From Promethearchaeota archaeon (GTDB lineage: Archaea; Asgardarchaeota; Lokiarchaeia; Sigyniarchaeales; SOKP01), in assembly GCA_048941285.1 (NCBI GenBank), contig JBHLNS010000003.1, forward strand, positions 1-64,000: a stretch of DNA of 64,000 nt. Reading direction: 5' to 3'. Position 1 is the stretch's first letter. Each line of letters begins with the position of its first letter. Positions 59,610-64,000 of this stretch are shown piece by piece. The notes beneath the pieces are model-generated. The model made no database searches and had not been told where the DNA came from. It worked only from the letters and a program-made list of their open reading frames with translations. The position numbers and the translations under genes were made by a program.

Positions 59610-61346
59610 ATGTCAAGTCAAATTTTAGATGGCGGTGATTTGGTTGTTAAATGCCTTCTAAAGGAAGGAATTACTAAAATATTTGGTATTGTAGGCGGGG
59701 AATTATTAAGAATTTATGATGCTATTGAACGATGGGGTAGAGAAAAAGGCTTAGATACAGTAATGGTAAGGCACGAGCAAGCTGGAGGCCATATGGCAGA
59801 TGCTTGGGCGCGTGCAACTGGAGAAATAGGTGTGTGCCTAGGAACCGTTGGTCCCGGCGTTACTCATCTTGTTCCCGCTGCTGCAGCAGCTAATTCAGAC
59901 TCAATTCCTATGCTTATAATTGGTGCGCAAATAGGAAGAATGTTTGAAGATACTGGAATTTTACAGGGTGGTATCGACCAAATTGCATTAATGAAACCAA
60001 TAACTAAAGCACAAATTCAAGTTGAAGAACCAGGGGAAATTCCTCATGCAATTCAAAAAGCTATAAAAACAGCCTTATCAGGAAGAAGAGGTCCAGTATA
60101 TCTAGAATTCAGAGAAACTGCATTAGTAAGAAATGCGACAGAAGCGGACTTTAATAAAATTTTAGATCCAGAAAAGTATAGAGCATTGCATAGACCTAGT
60201 GGGGCTTCAGCAGATATTAAAAAAACAATTGAAATATTAAAAAATGCTAAAAAACCTCTTTTAATTGCTGGTGGGGGAGTAATTGCCTCAGAAGCTTCAG
60301 AGGAGATAAAAATCTTTTCAGAGACATATATGATACCAACAAGCACTACAATTAACGGAATTGGTTCAATTGGAAGAGATAAAAAGAATTTTTTAGATTC
60401 TTATTTAATAAATAATGCTTACAGAACTGCTGCTACAAAAGCTGATGTAGTGTTATCATTTGGATGTAAATGGGATTATTCAATATTTTATGGAGCATCC
60501 CCAATGTGGAATCAAAATCAAAAAGTTATCCAAATTGATATAGATCCTAATGAAATTGGCAAAAATAGATCAATTGAAATAGGCATTATTGGTGATTGTA
60601 AAGCTGTGATTAACCAATTATTAAATGAAATGGAAAAATCCTTACCAAAAGACAAAATATCTGAATGGTTGGAATGGAACATGTATTTACAAGAACTATG
60701 CAAGAATCAATTAAATACGAATTTAAAAATTCTTGATTATAAAAAATTACCAATGAAACCAGAACGATTAATTTATGAGGTTTTCAACTATATCCCTGAA
60801 GATGCGCAAATTGTGCTTGATGGTGGAGATATTGTTGTATTCTCTTATAAGTTTATAAACTTAAAATCTCGTCCTCCAAGATCAACATTTTTCCCAATTT
60901 CTATGGGACATCTAGGAGTTGGAATTCCCTATGCCATTGGTGTTAAAATGGCAAAACCAGATAAACTTGTTGTTTGCGTTAACGGTGATGGAAGTTTTCT
61001 GTTTAATGTACAAGAATTAGAAACAGCAGTACGACTAAATTTGCCAATAATTGTGATTATTGCTAATAATTGTGCTTGGGGAATGATAAAGAGCAATCAA
61101 ACAAAAGCGTTTAACAAAAGGTACTGTGATGTCGATCTACCCTCAATTGATTACTCTGAAATTGCCAGAGGATTTGGATGTTATGGAGAAAAAATAGAAA
61201 ATCCCGAAGATATAAAACTGGCTTTACAAAGAGCTATTGAATCTAAAAAACCTGCTGTTATTGATGTTAGTATTGCCTTTGAAACTCCCCCTCCAATGAA
61301 ATTGCTAGCGCAATATAAGAAAAATAAAGGTTTATTTGGAAAATAA
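59610..61346 (+). CDS. Thiamine-diphosphate-dependent enzyme (acetolactate synthase / 2-hydroxyacyl-CoA lyase-like)
   Basis: VRHEQAG, GPG, GPVYLE, GDGS...NN ThDP motif. Confidence 0.92.
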   Translation: MSSQILDGGDLVVKCLLKEGITKIFGIVGGELLRIYDAIERWGREKGLDTVMVRHEQAGGHMADAWARATGEIGVCLGTVGPGVTHLVPAAAAANSDSIPMLIIGAQIGRMFEDTGILQGGIDQIALMKPITKAQIQVEEPGEIPHAIQKAIKTALSGRRGPVYLEFRETALVRNATEADFNKILDPEKYRALHRPSGASADIKKTIEILKNAKKPLLIAGGGVIASEASEEIKIFSETYMIPTSTTINGIGSIGRDKKNFLDSYLINNAYRTAATKADVVLSFGCKWDYSIFYGASPMWNQNQKVIQIDIDPNEIGKNRSIEIGIIGDCKAVINQLLNEMEKSLPKDKISEWLEWNMYLQELCKNQLNTNLKILDYKKLPMKPERLIYEVFNYIPEDAQIVLDGGDIVVFSYKFINLKSRPPRSTFFPISMGHLGVGIPYAIGVKMAKPDKLVVCVNGDGSFLFNVQELETAVRLNLPIIVIIANNCAWGMIKSNQTKAFNKRYCDVDLPSIDYSEIARGFGCYGEKIENPEDIKLALQRAIESKKPAVIDVSIAFETPPPMKLLAQYKKNKGLFGK

Positions 61347-61369
61347 AATCTAATAAATAGTGATATATT

Positions 61370-62176
61370 GTGATAGAAGAAAAATTTTTGAGTGGAAAAG
61401 TAGCTTTAATAACTGGAGCTGGTAGTGGTGGATTTGGTAGAGAAATGGCAATAGCTTTTGCAAGTAAAGGGGCAAATATAGTTATAAATGATATCAATGA
61501 GGAGGGTTTAGAACAAACTCATGATATCCTTCAAAAAGAATATGATGTTGAAATTCTTATAGCAAAAGCAGATATTTCAGATTCGGGGCAAGTACAAAAA
61601 ATGGCTGAGATAGTTTTTGAGACGTTTGATAACATTTTCTTATTGGTTAACAATGCAGGAATAGATGGTGGATTATACCCCTCTTTAAAAGCAAAAGAAA
61701 TGATCTATGATAAAGTTATGGCTGTTAATTTAAAGGGTGCCTGGAATGTAACTAAAGCCTTCTATAGACAAATGAGACGACAAAAAAATTTCATCCCAAT
61801 AGCTGGAAAGATCATTAATATCGCTTCATGTGCAGGAACAGCCAATGGTACCAATCCTTATTTAGGCGTTTATAGCGCAAGCAAAGCTGGATTATTGGCT
61901 TTTACTAGATTATGGGCTCTTGAATTAGGTTCAAATAATATTACAGTAAATGCAATTTCACCAGGTGTATTTTTAACTCCAATTTATAACAATGATCCGA
62001 AACTTATCAGAGATTTTTTAAAAACTAGAGGTGTTAAAATACCTATAGACAAAATCGGCGAAGCTAAATGGGTTGCAGATGTTGCCTTGTTTTTAGCATC
62101 ACCAGCTGCAGATTATCTCACTGGCCAGAATATAATTATTGATGGTGGGATGACTCTAAGTGTAAACAAATTATAA
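61370..62176 (+). CDS. Short-chain dehydrogenase/reductase
   Basis: TGAGSGGFG, NNAG, YSASK, NAISPG, TGQ..IDGG. Confidence 0.95.
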   Translation: MIEEKFLSGKVALITGAGSGGFGREMAIAFASKGANIVINDINEEGLEQTHDILQKEYDVEILIAKADISDSGQVQKMAEIVFETFDNIFLLVNNAGIDGGLYPSLKAKEMIYDKVMAVNLKGAWNVTKAFYRQMRRQKNFIPIAGKIINIASCAGTANGTNPYLGVYSASKAGLLAFTRLWALELGSNNITVNAISPGVFLTPIYNNDPKLIRDFLKTRGVKIPIDKIGEAKWVADVALFLASPAADYLTGQNIIIDGGMTLSVNKL

Positions 62177-62217
62177 GTTCTTTAATTTTTTAAAGTGAAG
62201 GAAAAGTAAATAAAAAT

Positions 62218-62802
62218 TTATTTACCTCGACCTTTATTAGCTCTAATACTTGGTCTTGTTTTTTCTGAACCCCAACCCTTCTTATGTAATCCCCGAGCTC
62301 TTTTTCCCGCAGATGTAAGACCACGAGTTACTCTTTTTGCATGTTGTGGTTCAGATATCCAATTAATTTGGGGATCTGACTTAATAACAGGATGATTTGG
62401 ATCTACTAAAATTGTCTCGTAATACCAATGTTTACCATCGGAATATACTTTGTAGCTATTAAGGACCTGCATGTTTGGATACTTTCTTTGAACACGTTCT
62501 TCAGCAATCCATTGAAGATTTTTACCAGTTGTGTACTTAGAAACACCCATTGCTCTTGGTTTTCTTCCACGTTTTGGCCGAATTTTATGCATTCCCCCTT
62601 TTCTTATTCTAGCTCTAACGATTATAAATCCTTGTTTTGCCTTATAACCTAAAGTTCTTGCCCGATGTATGTTCGTTGGTTTTTCAATTCTTTGAATTGA
62701 TTCACCCTTTCTATATTCAATTCCACGATACCAATGAGGTGTTTTATAACCTTTTTCATGCTTCTCAAAAGTCTCCTTTACATAACTATATCCAGACTTC
62801 AA
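62218..62802 (-). CDS. rpl15e: 50S ribosomal protein L15e
   Basis: RARTLGYKAKQG, AEERV, VLNSY, ILVDP.HP, RGLTSAG. Confidence 0.98.
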   Translation of the reverse strand: MKSGYSYVKETFEKHEKGYKTPHWYRGIEYRKGESIQRIEKPTNIHRARTLGYKAKQGFIIVRARIRKGGMHKIRPKRGRKPRAMGVSKYTTGKNLQWIAEERVQRKYPNMQVLNSYKVYSDGKHWYYETILVDPNHPVIKSDPQINWISEPQHAKRVTRGLTSAGKRARGLHKKGWGSEKTRPSIRANKGRGK

Positions 62803-62976
62803 TTTCTCACTGCACTCTTTTAGATTGTTATATCTTCAAAAATTTACAGAAATTAATTAATTTTATTATTTTCTATTATAGTAAAAATTTTTGGATATTC
62901 TCTAATTATATTAATTAGTAATTTTTTAATCATCATTCGCTTAAAAAATCAAAAATATATTAGAGATTTTATCACT

Positions 62977-63438
62977 ATGAAAAAGAAAAATAAAAAAGTT
63001 GAAATCGATGAATCAAATGGTTTAAAAATATCTTACGATAGAGATGATCTTAACAACAAATTTCCTCATTTGACTGAAGAAATTTCACAAAGAAAAAAAT
63101 CAATAAAAATTGAGGCTATAGATATGAATGTAGAGCAAATAAGTCACCAAAAACCTCAAGATTCTAATGATTTATGTCCTAATGAATTATATAATCCTGG
63201 TGTGATTGACTTTTTAAGGCGATGTACAAAAATTGAAGAAGCAATTGATATTTTAGATTACTTAATGAAAAGAAATGAGATTAATCATGTAGACTATACT
63301 AAATATAAAAATATAATTTCGCATGAAGGAGGGTTAAAGCAACTTATTGATCAATATGGTGGTTTAAAAAAACCGGGATATTATATGAGAAAGTATTATA
63401 AAAAGGAGACTAAAAATCAAGAATTAAATAGTAAATAG
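62977..63438 (+). CDS. DUF2095-like protein
   Basis: KFPHL..EI, NPGVIDFLRRC...EEA..ILDY..KR.EI, KKPGYY. Confidence 0.8.
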   Translation: MKKKNKKVEIDESNGLKISYDRDDLNNKFPHLTEEISQRKKSIKIEAIDMNVEQISHQKPQDSNDLCPNELYNPGVIDFLRRCTKIEEAIDILDYLMKRNEINHVDYTKYKNIISHEGGLKQLIDQYGGLKKPGYYMRKYYKKETKNQELNSK

Positions 63439-63451
63439 AATTAATATCAAT

Positions 63452-63526
63452 TGACAGATGATGAACTTATGACAAAGTTAGCTACTTGCTCGGTAGCGAT
63501 GACAATGTCGCCCCAAACTGATGTCA
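63452..63526 (+). ncRNA. Box C/D guide sRNA, predicted target 23S rRNA G2251 (E. coli numbering)
   Basis: Terminal stem TGACA/TGTCA, box C ATGATGA (63458-64), box D CTGA (63518-21), D guide ATGTCGCCCCAAA complementary to P-loop UGGGGCG. Confidence 0.85.
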
Positions 63527-63793
63527 TAACATATTAATTCCAAAATCTGCTTCTAGTCTTTTCCAAAACCGAATTCCTTTCTCCGTTAAAAAATATTCAT
63601 CATTATTTTGATTAATAAGCCCTAAATCACGCAAAACGGGTATTCTCCCATTTATACAAGAAATTGGCAAACCAGAGAATAATTTTATTGTTTCAAAATT
63701 TTTTGCCCCATTATTAATAGCAACTAGTATTTCAATTCCCATGTAACCTAAAAGATTTTTTAAATCTTCATGAGTTTCTTCATTTTTTGGCAT
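63524..63793 (-). CDS. Small winged-helix protein
   Basis: IEILVAI...FETI....GL....IN.RI..LRDLGLI.....YFLTEKG. Confidence 0.75.
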   Translation of the reverse strand: MPKNEETHEDLKNLLGYMGIEILVAINNGAKNFETIKLFSGLPISCINGRIPVLRDLGLINQNNDEYFLTEKGIRFWKRLEADFGINML

Positions 63794-63825
63794 TATTATC
63801 CGTTCTTATAAGATTATTTTCTGAA

Positions 63826-64000
63826 TTACTTTTTTTTAGAATTTTTCCCTTTTTTGTTTTTTGTAGATTTACTATTTTCATTTCTATCTGTTTTATATTT
63901 ATCTGCTATCACAGATTCAGTTTCTTTTGGCAGTAATTTTCTCATCCATTCAGGAAATGCTGTTGTTATCTGCAAATTGGTCTTTAAAACTATATAAGTT
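63826..64000 (-). CDS. C-terminal fragment of a protein running off the window end
   Basis: Open frame TYIVLKTNLQITTAFPEWMRKLLPK...KGKNSKKK*. Confidence 0.6.
   Translation of the reverse strand, partial: TYIVLKTNLQITTAFPEWMRKLLPKETESVIADKYKTDRNENSKSTKNKKGKNSKKK

Noticed and set aside
1-64000. Selenoprotein genes or SECIS elements (known from Lokiarchaeia)
   Set aside because: No ORF pair joined by an in-frame TGA at a Cys-equivalent position and no convincing SECIS fold seen by eye

Overview
Very AT-rich, gene-dense archaeal chromosomal segment. Gene content (class I LysRS, L15e, S17e, two TFBs, Cdc6/Orc1, archaeosine TGT, roadblock proteins, MglA-like small GTPases, V4R, DENN-like and EMC6-like proteins) points to an Asgard archaeon, most likely Lokiarchaeia; this is inferred from gene content, not computed. 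Most of the window is housekeeping (L3-L4-L23, ABCE1, Trm5, RNase P proteins, Rqc2). Reading the raw sequence adds features missing from the ORF track: three tRNAs (Glu-CTC with a 37-nt BHB-type intron at non-canonical position 21/22, Ile-GAT, Arg-TCT), a box C/D guide RNA predicted to methylate the 23S P-loop G2251 equivalent, a Pop5 gene with no canonical start codon, three micro Zn-ribbon genes, and a 10-aa ORF (MPGYEDWPVM) just upstream of a cobalamin-dependent radical SAM gene that converges on an MFS exporter, a candidate new Asgard RiPP-like system. Other highlights are a tandem-roadblock / DENN-like / MglA-GTPase operon and a dispersed Tad-like pilus set with a bacterial-style Flp pilin and a poly-T-frameshifted prepilin peptidase. 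No CRISPR array, rRNA, integrase or transposase was seen. All family calls come from motifs recognised by eye; no searches were run.
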